From: Octopus sinensis
Taxonomy: Eukaryota
Direction: 5' to 3'
Assembly: GCF_006345805.1 (NCBI RefSeq)
Contig: NC_043002.1
Location: 24,304,001-24,368,000, forward strand
Length of the DNA: 64,000 nucleotides
Below the pieces are notes generated by a model. It was not told the DNA's origin. It saw only the letters and a list, made by a program, of their open reading frames with translations, and did no database searches. Made by a program: the position numbers and the translations under genes. Positions within the stretch are counted from its first letter, which is position 1. The number at the start of each line of letters is the position of its first letter. Below, one piece after another: positions 53,531-64,000 of the stretch.

Positions 53531-54755
53531 AGAGAGAAACAAATTGAACAGTATGATGAGGACAGGGACTAGGTGAGCACATTGAGGATAAATGAAAAGG
53601 ATATTGTGGTGAGCACACAGTGTAGAAAGTTGTGCATTACTGTGAGTATTCAGTGTGTAAGGCTGCGTATTGTGATGAGTACATTGTATGTAAGATTGTG
53701 TTTTGTGATGTGTACACGTTGTGTAAAGTTATTGAAGCAAAAGACATCAGGGTGGCAAGGTCATGTTATTTGTGCTGTTTGTTTCTCCAACAAGAGTAAG
53801 AACATGCCATACAGTGTCTGCAAAATGATAATTAACTCTATCTTTCTTTAATTATTACTGTGGGATGATTTTAAGATATAACATTTCTCAATCAAGCATA
53901 AAATTGAATGTTCTGAGCTCTTGCAGTTTGGGGTGGAATTTGTCCAAGACTCATTCTTACTTTACTTTGCCAAATGTATTTTGTGATTGGTGCAGTGTTT
54001 TCTTTGTCACTGTGTTGAAAACATTACATTGCTTTCAAAACACACTTGGCAAAAGATAGGTGTGTCTTCAGGCACGACAAGGTCGAGCTTGGACTGAGCC
54101 ACCTCATACAATAATAGTTCAAAACCTGCAATTCATATTTAACAGAGAAGTATTATACATAAACCACAGAAAGGTAGAGATAATGTCAACTTGCAGACTA
54201 TGAAATTATGGATACCTCTTTTCTGAGCAACAACAGAGAGAGCACAGGTAACATCACACATCACATAATATAGTGCCATCTTGTCTTTTGCTTCACCAGC
54301 TGAGACAAAGTCCAGTGAAGATCACTGTATCCAAATCCCTAGATACTAGTGTAAAATCATAGTATGAATGTGGCTACAAGTACTCTGTGTGTGTTTGTGT
54401 GTGTGAGAATACATAACATAGTATGTTTGATAAATATAAAAAAAAATTATATATATATATATGATATAAAAATACAGTCATGTATTTATAATAATAAATT
54501 GATAAAATTACAAGTAGAATACAGTGCTATCAAAAGTTTCATACGGATGCATATATTCAGGCCCCATACCTCAACATGTTTCAAGATATTATGAATACAT
54601 TTTGAACATTTTCAACTCACACATATATGAATGAGTGTATCAGCATGAAACCTTTAGCAGCCAAGTATTGTTCTCTTTTTACTTGATAGATTCATGAATA
54701 AATTCAGACTGATAAGGAGTTTCAGACAGATTCAAATATATATATATATATATAT

Positions 54756-54911
54756 GAGGAGAGAGAGGAGATGAGAGAGAGAGAGGAGAGAGAGATGAGA
54801 GAGAGAGGAGGAGAGGAGAGGAGAGAGAGAGATAGAGACGAGAGTGAGGCGAGAGAGGAGAGAGAGCGAGAGAGAGAGAGGAGAGAGAGAGAGAGAGGAG
54901 AGAGAGAGGAG
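54756..54911. repeat. Nearly pure polypurine (GA/GGA)n tract
   Basis: Directly visible. Confidence 0.95.
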
Positions 54912-54949
54912 CTACAGAGTTGATATATGATAAAGTTTAGCACACTTAC

Positions 54950-55132
54950 CCATCCTCATGTCAGAATCAGCCTCAGTGCTGTCCTGGGAGTATTCTTGGT
55001 TTGATTGGTCAGGAAATGACATGTTAGAGTTGGAGTCATCGTTCATGCATGTGTTGCCGGCACCATACATGTCACTGTAGTTGGAACCCTGGGACTGCAT
55101 TGTGTTGCCCTCGTCTGTGTACAGAGATGAGC
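54950..55132 (-). CDS. Unidentified gene, acidic/Ser-rich coding exon (SSLYTDEGNTMQSQGSNYSDMY...EADSDMRM)
   Basis: TTGTAG acceptor, consensus donor G|GTAAGT; 183 nt, phase 1 to 1. Confidence 0.82.
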
Positions 55133-58100
55133 CTACAATACCAGGGTAACAAGTAAAGCATGCAAACAGCTGATGCTGCTTCGCTGCACAGTCCTCCAAC
55201 TTACTGTACACTCACACAGACAATACCATTATCACTTACAACATAATTCCAGTCACCACACACATCAATCACTCACTCACCTTTTCCCACACCTTCACAC
55301 ACAACAATTACCACTCTCGCTCAGTATCACCCATTATTGACACCTGATCACCACTATCAACAACAACACAAAAGATAGAAAGAACAGTAAGAAATAGTTA
55401 AATCTGACCCCTGCTGCTGTCAGTCCCTCCTCAACTAACCGGTTAGATTCCACAGTAACCAGTTGGTTAGATTCCTGGTTATATATCATATATCAGTAGT
55501 TTAGAACTCACAATAACTAATAGCAGGGCGTTTCTATGCAATCACTCGTCTTACTAAAAATAACAGCTAAGTCTCCCTTAAAACCAACACCATAATTCTT
55601 CAAAAAGGCAACATTGAATAATAATCCAAGATAATATGTCTGAATAAAAGGCAGGTTGGTCACAATCGAAAAACCTTCTGTCATAAGTTGCTTGACCAAG
55701 TTTAACCTGGGACTAAACAACATTTAAAGTGGAAGGATATAGACAATTTAATGAACCCTAGGATTAGAATGGTTCTTATTTTTCTGACATTAGAAGGTTA
55801 ATAAGCAAACTTGACTTCAGTGGGAGTTAAACTCAAATGAACAAAGGGACACAAATTCTACAACTCTACTACAACTGCCACTTACAAAAGATGATGTTTT
55901 CAACATGTACTTGGCCACAAAGTTGGGTGTAGTGGATTGTATTGGCCTCACAAGGATAAAAAGACAAATCTCTATTTAGTAGTATTTGAACACCAGAGAG
56001 AGAGGGAGAGAGAGAGACATGCTTTACCACAACTGCCACTTACAGCCCTTCATGATGATAATAACAAGGACAGAGAAAATGTAAAATGTAAATGCTGGTA
56101 AAAGGCTCCTTGTAGGATTAAGTAACCTTTTTTTCAGAATCACAATGTTTAATAAGGCCAGTGTGCTCAACACTAATTACTTGAGTTTAAGCAGATGAGA
56201 AATACACAAAGCACTCTTGACATGTGCAGAGAGATTATATATAGTTTTTTTTTTTTTACCCAACAAAAGAGATTCTGTTCAGTACTAAAGACCAGGAAAT
56301 TTCAGTGTGGCCACTGCTTACAGTGTGCCTGCTTACAGCTCAATAGATTAAGCTGCTGGCAAGAGTGAGTTAAATATCTTGTCTATATGATACAACAGTG
56401 TTGTTGAGAGGAAATGAACAAACTCCTCCACAGGTTGCCCAGCATATTAGCAAATCAACCTCCTGCAGTTCTATATAAGTAAACTGAAGAAATGTAGAAT
56501 ATTGTGGTCCATCAAGAAATACAACACACCAGCATATTTCACCTGATGACCCATTCATTTAACCACTTTATCATCTTAACTCTACAAAAGGATATTGACA
56601 TTTAAGGAAAAGAAGGCAACATAGTTTCAGCAGTAACTATGTCAATGAAATGTGTTATCCCAGTGAAAAGAAAAATAAAACAATAAAATAAATTAAAATA
56701 CATATAAATATTTTTAAACCAAAAAAAAAAACACAACATTAATAAGTATCAAAAGTGACAAAGTTGCAAAAATAAAATAAAAATAATACATATATAAATA
56801 AAAAAAACAACAAAACATCACAAAAGTTACAAACATGTAGACAAGCCATTGTTTGTAGTTGTAACATGTGTTTGAGCCCAACCCAGCATACAACATCCCA
56901 CCATGTACAGAAACCAGCAGTGTAGAGGTGTACAGAATTAGATCAGCTACTGCTATAGTTTCATATTTCCACAACGAGTATTCCAGTTGTTTAATCTCCT
57001 TTACAAATATATGACTTTGTGGCAATGAAAAGTACTGAAATATTTAAAGGGCAACTGTTGACTTTCCTTTTCCCCCTATGAAGTCAAATAAGTATGAGTG
57101 TACCAAGATCAGTTCAAGCAGCTACATTCCTCCTCTAGAATGTGTGATCTTGAACCAATGCAAAAAATCAATATTTGAAGGGGAAAGGTTATGTAATAAA
57201 CTAAGATTCTTAGTTTAACAAATTCAGTCAGTCTCTTGGAGAAAACTCATAAGGTGAAAATAATTAACTCCTATACTACAGATGTATTTATTTGTCCTCT
57301 ATGTAATTAACATACAAATTTGAGAGCCAATGAGAAAGTATTCAGAAGGATAAATAGCAACTAAATTCCCCATAAATCATGCCCTATCTTATAGAAGGAC
57401 AGAATACATTAAATACTGTAGTCCTAAATACCCGTAAAAGGCAGGCTGACCATGGCTGGAATGTCTTCAATCATAGGCCTGCCTTATCATAGTTGACATG
57501 AGATTAGTCAATGTTTATTTATAGTCTCTCTCTAGTGAGAGAAGAGCATATGCATACTTCCTAACTCTCTTTATAAAAATATTTAAAGAATCTTTTAAAA
57601 TAAGGCACTTGCATGGGTGTATGTATGTATATATATAAAAACAATAGTAAAGTCCAATCTGAGATTATAGAACATTCATTAGCATGTGAGATATGTATAG
57701 TTCCACTCTACCATTGGGTTTGATATTCTTTTTCACTCTCAAATTGGTATTTATAAAAGGTATAATATTTAAAGTATATGCACACATATGAAAGAAAGAG
57801 AAACTAACTGCAATGGTAGTAATATACACAACAGAAATAGTGTGTATACAAAGAAACAAGTAGTCAATCTTAAGGCAGAAGTAGCAGATTTTCAAGTTTT
57901 AAATGATAGCATTATATACTACTGTCATTCATTTCATTAATTTTTTTTTTTAAGTCAAGAAGTAAGGTAGTGCCTATAACCTGCCTCTGAGAAGGTGAAA
58001 AGCGGGAGGAAGGTATCCTCAAACCAGAAACCAAGGTGTCAAGTTATAACATTAATCTGGATGATGGAAAAAATCTACCACCTAAGTCAGTCATGGCAGA

Positions 58101-59549
58101 GTACAAAAAAAAATTGGGAACAAATAATACAAGGCCTCTGGCCTGCCTACTGACAGCCATGGATTGGTACTTTTTTTTTTATTGACCCCCAAAGGAGGAA
58201 AAGCAAAGTTGACCATGGCAGGATTAGAACTCAAAATGTGCACTGAGTCAACAAATACTGTAAAGCACTGTCTGATGCGTTAATGACAGTCAATTTTCCA
58301 AATTTTAACAAACTTACCAACTTGAAATGTGTGTGTGAAAACAATGTGCTTCATACACAGCTGTAGGAATGTAAATGGTACTTAGTATAGGAAGTTTACA
58401 GACACCATTGACATGTAATAAGTACCTAGGTACAGGTTACAAATCATGGTGCAGTATGGATTAAACCACACACACACAATGTAGTTGCTTATGCTGTTTC
58501 ACCTTAAACAGCAGGAAACAGTTGCATGAACATGTGTACCAAATGGACAAAAAACAAACAAAAAGTATCCCTTTTCCTTAAGGATAATTTTTATAATAAT
58601 TATTTTTATAATAAATATTTTCATAATTATTTTTATAATAATCATTTTCACTTATAGTACAAAACCTATCATAATATAGTAGAAAAACTATTATAATTAT
58701 AGTACAAAAACTATAATTGTTAGTTCCTCACACAATAAAATTTACAATCTCATTATTGAGGTGTATTGTAAACTATTCATTTTTCTTTGCATCTGGTGCA
58801 TACATAAATTAATTTGAGATTCCCACATTGTACAAATGTACATCAATTGATGATGTACACTATTCTCTAATGGAACATCAATTGATGATGTCTTCAATTT
58901 AAGGGTTATCAGATACTGGTGTGAAGAATCAGATGTGTGCGTGTGTATATATGCCTCTACCAATTCACTGATTCCAATGACTGGTAAATATATACTTATC
59001 TTTTTTCTTGTGAAAATGTGAGGGAAAATAACCAGTATTTCCACGTATTAATGATTGTCAGTCAAGAGAAACCTGATAGATAGTTTTAGGTAATGTCTAT
59101 AGAACAGTTCAATTAATTTTGATTGGATTATACAAATACATAAATTTAAAGTTTTAAATATCCAGGATTAAACCAAACCCGTCTGCTCTAAGAAACAGAA
59201 GAGATCAACAGAGAAAGAGTTAGGCAGTGATATACAAAAAACACAGACATATGTAACAGTGAGCAGAAACATATATAAGCTTGCCCAATTTCAATTTTTG
59301 TTTTGTAATATTTTAGTAAATTAGAAAAATATAAACATTCAAAAATGAACAAGCTTATTATATACAAATACATAGAGACATATGTCCAATAAGTGTGAAG
59401 ATTTCTCAAATATATAAAACATAAAGGCAACATTACTTAAGGGACACAATTTGTTTCTATACACACATATACACAAACACACACATGCATGAATGTGTTT
59501 GAAAAGTCTGACAGAAAGAGAGAAGGGAAAGAAACAAGGAATAATTAAC

Positions 59550-59831
59550 CAAGACTAATTGATGTACTACCATTAGCAGAGAGGCTGTCCTCAAGAGGCG
59601 GTACATTGCCAGGCACCAGAGAGGAACAGTTAGAAGTAACATCAGCAGAGTCGGCTGCGGGAGATGGGTGATGTTGACCATTGGTCTTGGTCTCACTGGA
59701 GGTGGAGGAGGCATTGGTTACATTAGCAACAGGAGCAGGTGCTGGCTGTGCATTCTGCCCTTCCTGGGTGGCATTAGTAGCAGATTCAGCGCCATCTAGT
59801 GGTGGAGATTTGGTTGTCACTGATGAAGCTG
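59550..59831 (-). CDS. Unidentified gene, Ser/Thr/Ala/Pro-rich coding exon (ASSVTTKSPPLDGAESATN...SANGSTSISL)
   Basis: GC-richer than its flanks, open frame, TAGCAG tandem acceptor, donor G|GTTAAT; 282 nt, phase 1 to 1. Confidence 0.8.
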
Positions 59832-60185
59832 CTACAGGTACAATGTCAGCAGGACATAACAGAAGAAAAAGAAAACATAAATTTGAAAGAATTAAAAGCT
59901 AAAGAAAAAACAGAAAATATAATACATAAAAACAAATGTTTACCAAATGTTTAGGAATAGAACAAGGAATTATGATCAAAGATTGAACTGTAGTTTAGAG
60001 CACTTTTCTTTAAATATACAAAAATAAATAAAATAGAAACAGATTATTGATTTGTAAAAGACAAAAAATGCAATTACTTGAGCCAACATTAATTAGATGA
60101 AACTGATTAATCAATAATCAAGTATTAGTAGCTAATGAAGAATTACTATTAAATACAGACGTTGTTGATAATATTCATAACATTC

Positions 60186-60237
<52 letters not shown>

Positions 60238-60296
60238 AAACAAATGATGTCACTAAAGTGTAGCTGAGTTAGATGAAAGCAATGAAAAATACATAC

Positions 60297-60408
60297 TTTG
60301 ACTGTTTGAATCTAAATTCTGAGGTTCAACAGGTTTTTCGGGCTCTTTTTCATGACGTTTTGAGGGTCCTTTTCTTTTGTAGATGATGTGGTGAGCAGCA
60401 CCATTTCT
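60297..60408 (-). CDS. Unidentified gene, internal coding exon (RNGAAHHIIYKRKGPSKRHEKEPEKPVEPQNLDSNSQ); upstream exons were not found in the window
   Basis: Strong acceptor TTTTATTTTCTTTCTCTAG, donor A|GTATGT; 112 nt open, phase 0 to 1, compatible with the next exon. Confidence 0.78.
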
Positions 60409-61348
60409 CTAGAGAAAGAAAATAAAAGATGAAATTAATTAGAAATAAAATTATTATTACAAGTAGCACTGTCACTTTACTTTTGCAACTTATCTGGCCA
60501 GAAACTTTATTTCCTTGCAGGCCTTTCTTTGACAGCATTTAAACTCAAGGAAGATAAAAACAGTTTTACACTCTGTATCTTCATTCCCCAAGTAGAATAA
60601 CAAAAAAAAAAGTATTAACCATTTTTAGCCAAGACAGATGACACTGCTCATTCATATAATCATCTGGTATAGAAAAACAAGTAGTCACAAAGTAAAAACT
60701 TATTTAACTAAATATCTAATTTTACTGAGATTGTAAATTCTACACATACATCACAATATATAAGGCTCAAGATGACGAGCCTTATGGAGGAGATGACAGA
60801 AGATCAAGATAATTAGTCATTTATTGTGCTCAGGAAACCCCATCCAACACAGTATAAAATGATATCCTAAAACTACATGATATACTTGTAGGTGTGGGGA
60901 CTCTACTCTTTCTGTGCCCTGTCAAGCATTTCCCCAATTCTTATCTCCTCAACTATGATGCTACTAAGCTGCTGTAATGACCTGAGCTCAGAATTTGTAC
61001 ATATTACAACCCTTCCACACCCCACCACTGTAGGGAACCACTTCCATTCCTCATTATCATCCCTACCCATACTATTTCTACCAACCACTTCCTTGCTGTG
61101 CCTTGAACTCTGTACCCTCCACTATACATCATTCTAAACATATCTCTTACCTGCTATCATTTTCAGTGCCCTTTCATATCTATCAACATGTTCCACTTAC
61201 TATAGCCCCTAGTGCTGCCCCCACCCCCCACATACACACACTATCAAGTCGTTGGCATTAGGAAGGATGTCCAGCTTTGCAGCTTGCTGGATCCTGAGAA
61301 ACCATTCAACCTATACCAGATGGAAAACAGATAAATGATGATGATGTA

Positions 61349-62577
61349 TCAGGTTGAGTAAAAAGTAAGCAATGTTTCGAAACATAAAATTCTTCACAAT
61401 ATATTTCAACAATGCAGAAATTTTATTCATAAGTAAGTACCATTACAATCAACACATTTTTGCCAACTAAAATCTGGAGTTCTGAGCTGATGAACTCTTT
61501 GAATGCACTTTCAGCATTGGCTTGATTTTTGAACTCCTTCTCTTACGGGAAACAATCAAGGTGCTTGAAAAAGTAGTAGTCGGTAGGAGAAAGGTCTGGG
61601 GGAATAAGCTAGGTATGGAAAAACTTTGTAGCCAAGTTCCCTCCACTTCTGGAGCATCATTAGTGAAATGTGTGGTCGAGCATTGTCATGAAGAATGATT
61701 GGCCCTCTTCTATTGACCAGTCTAGGATGGAGAAGTAACAGTTTTTTGTTCATTTTGGCAATTTCATGGCAATGTTTCTGTAGTAATGGTATTTCCAGGT
61801 TTTAAGAAGTTATAGTGAAGTCCAGCAGTATATTACCAAACAGTCACCATAACCTTCCTTTTGAAGAGCTCAAGTTTAGATAAGGTTTTCAGTGCTTTAC
61901 CATGGTCCAGCCACTGTGAAGAATGGTTTTTATTATTGTACAGAATCCACTTTTCATCGCAAGTTACAATACAGTCAAGAAATGGATCTGTCTGATTACG
62001 GAGAAGAAACAACGAGCAAATTTCATATCTGTGCATTTTTTGATTTTCATTTAAATTATGCGGTACCCATTTGTCAAGCTTTTTTGATTTTCCAACCACA
62101 TGCAAATAGTTGCAGGCAGTTTTCTGGCTTACTTAAAGTTCTTTTGCCAGTTCTCGAGTTGTTTTGCATGGATCTTTCTCAATAACGGTCTTTAATTGAC
62201 CATCATTGATGACAGATAGGCCTCCACTACACTCACGATCTTCAAGGCTCAGGTCTCCACTGCAAAATTGCTCAAACCATTTTTGAGCTCACCACTCACA
62301 GTTCATTTCCTCAACAAATGCTTTGTTGATATCGCAAGCAGTTTCAGCTGCTTTATACTTGAATATCGTGCTTTGACAATTCCATTTCAGATGATTGTAA
62401 CAATGGTAAAAAAAATATCAATTTTAATTTATTGATGCATTTATTGATGCCAGTATTATCAGACAATTGCAAAAAAACAAAAAAAAAAAAAACGTCTAAA
62501 AGAAATTTATAACTCTGCAAAAATCCAGTACAAATTCTTCATGGTTCAAAACGTTGCTTACTTTTTACTCAACCTGA
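61349..62577 (-). mobile_element. Full-length defective mariner (Hsmar1/cecropia-like)
   Basis: TIRs TCAGGTTGAGTAAAAAGTAAGCAA / TTGCTTACTTTTTACTCAACCTGA with TA TSD; frameshifted transposase with KKLDKWVPHNL, VTCDEKW, HDNARPH and YSP motifs. Confidence 0.93.
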
Positions 62578-64000
62578 TATATATTGGCTAGAGAAAGATC
62601 AGGTTTAAAAGTGGGGTATGAAAACAATTTTGTATTTCAGATATAGGTTTATTGAGAGCTTTAGGGCAGCAGTGAAATTTAGAAAAAAGGGTAAGCTATT
62701 TGATTAGTAATTCATTGCTCTTGACTATAAAATCACTGTAGACTTTTAGTTGAAGATTTGGATAGGACAATCTTATGTTCTTCAGTTCACTTGTCAAGAA
62801 TAGATGCTAACAAATCTAGAAATGTTAAATGTTAAACTGATGTCCTATTCAAGAGGAAATATAACTATCAGCCATTTAGCATTAAACCAGAAGTAGTCAA
62901 CAAGGGAGCTGCTGTTTAGTTGCTTGATTTCTCATAAAGAGCAACCAAATCTTTTTAAAATCACATTCTGATATCTTAAAAAAGGATGGACACATCAAAT
63001 AATATAACCTTAGAAACACTGAAGATTTGATGGTAAGATCACTGTCTAAATGCCTTTGGTCCTAGGTCTGCTCAATCAGAACAATATAAACTTGGATAGT
63101 GCGGTGTCTGTACGATAATTAGACAGATATGTAAGTGAAAGCACACATAATGCTTAATAAAATTTTGGTTTCAAATTTTGGCACAAAGTCAGCAATTTTG
63201 GAGGAAGAATTACATTGACCCCAACTGGTACTTATTTTATCAATGTTGAAAAGATAAAAGACAAAGTTGATTTGAAATTTGAACTCAAAACGTAGACGGG
63301 CAAAATGCTTCTAAGCATCTTGCCTTGGCGTCCCAACGATTCTGATAGCTTGCTCCTTTAAAGCTTAATAAAATATTTTTTTTTAAATCTACAGTATATT
63401 CAGTTGGTGGTAAAGGAAAATATTGTTAGATTAACCAATGTTATTAACTTAACTTTGCCCTTCATCCTTCAGGGTTGATAAAATATCATTAACCAAGTAC
63501 TGGCAATATAAAATTGGCTGCCTGGTGCCAATACTGGAAATCATAAATTTAACAATAAATCGTCATGTTTAATGAATTTTCAAGAAATTCATTAAAGTTA
63601 TCTCCCTTGATTGAAGACCCACCACCACCACCACCATCACCTCAAAAACGCCTTCAACAAAATGGGTAATAATTAGAACACATTTGTAAGTCATTGCAAT
63701 TTCCTTCAACCCAGTCTCTATGTGATTGTCCATCCTGCAAGAAATAGCAGTCAAATGTCACTCAAGTCACATTCTATTGTAATAAAAGGCAGCACATATT
63801 GGAAAATGTAATTCTAGAATACTATGTTTAAATAAATGTTAGGAATGTTTTTGATCAGAGGTTAGCTGGATTAGGATTAATCTTTGTTGAAATAACTAAA
63901 AGAAATAAAATTCATATAAAATGGTGATGATTTTCTATTACTACAACTGTTGCCACTAATATCACCTCTACTATTAATCCTTTAGCATTCAGATTACTCT

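Noticed and set aside
50265-53725. CRISPR-like arrays (27-32 bp periodicity)
   Set aside because: Diverged contiguous tandem units without unique spacers, in eukaryotic context with no cas genes.
61140-61212. GTAAGA donor as an upstream exon of the minus-strand gene
   Set aside because: The required phase-0 frame has TAG immediately before the last codon.
61556-62105. Functional or domesticated mariner transposase
   Set aside because: Split over several frames with stops while both TIRs remain; an ordinary dead copy.

Overview
AT-rich, intron-rich animal genomic DNA. The repeat landscape (tRNA-derived SINEs, RTE LINEs with (GAT)n tails, dense (TA)n/(CA)n microsatellites) suggests an octopus, which is an inference. 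Two spliced genes lie tail-to-tail. (1) RNF121, a membrane RING-H2 E3 ligase, is on the + strand with 8 predicted coding exons (8988-34936, 321 aa; the first exon is tentative). Its last two introns are U12-type (minor spliceosome). (2) The last four coding exons (220 aa) of an unidentified gene are on the - strand (60408 down to 50871), with candidate poison and alternative terminal exons. The rest is mostly transposon-derived: RTE and CR1/Jockey-like LINE fragments, SINEs, hAT, pogo-like and Tc1/mariner elements, two Helitrons and minisatellites. The most unusual signal is six minimal hammerhead-ribozyme-like motifs from about four sequence families inside RNF121 introns. They include a fold-back tRNA-head/hammerhead element inside a U12 intron and two motifs adjoining the 5'-truncated ends of RTE LINEs. 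Most ORFs in the supplied track are microsatellite or antisense artefacts.
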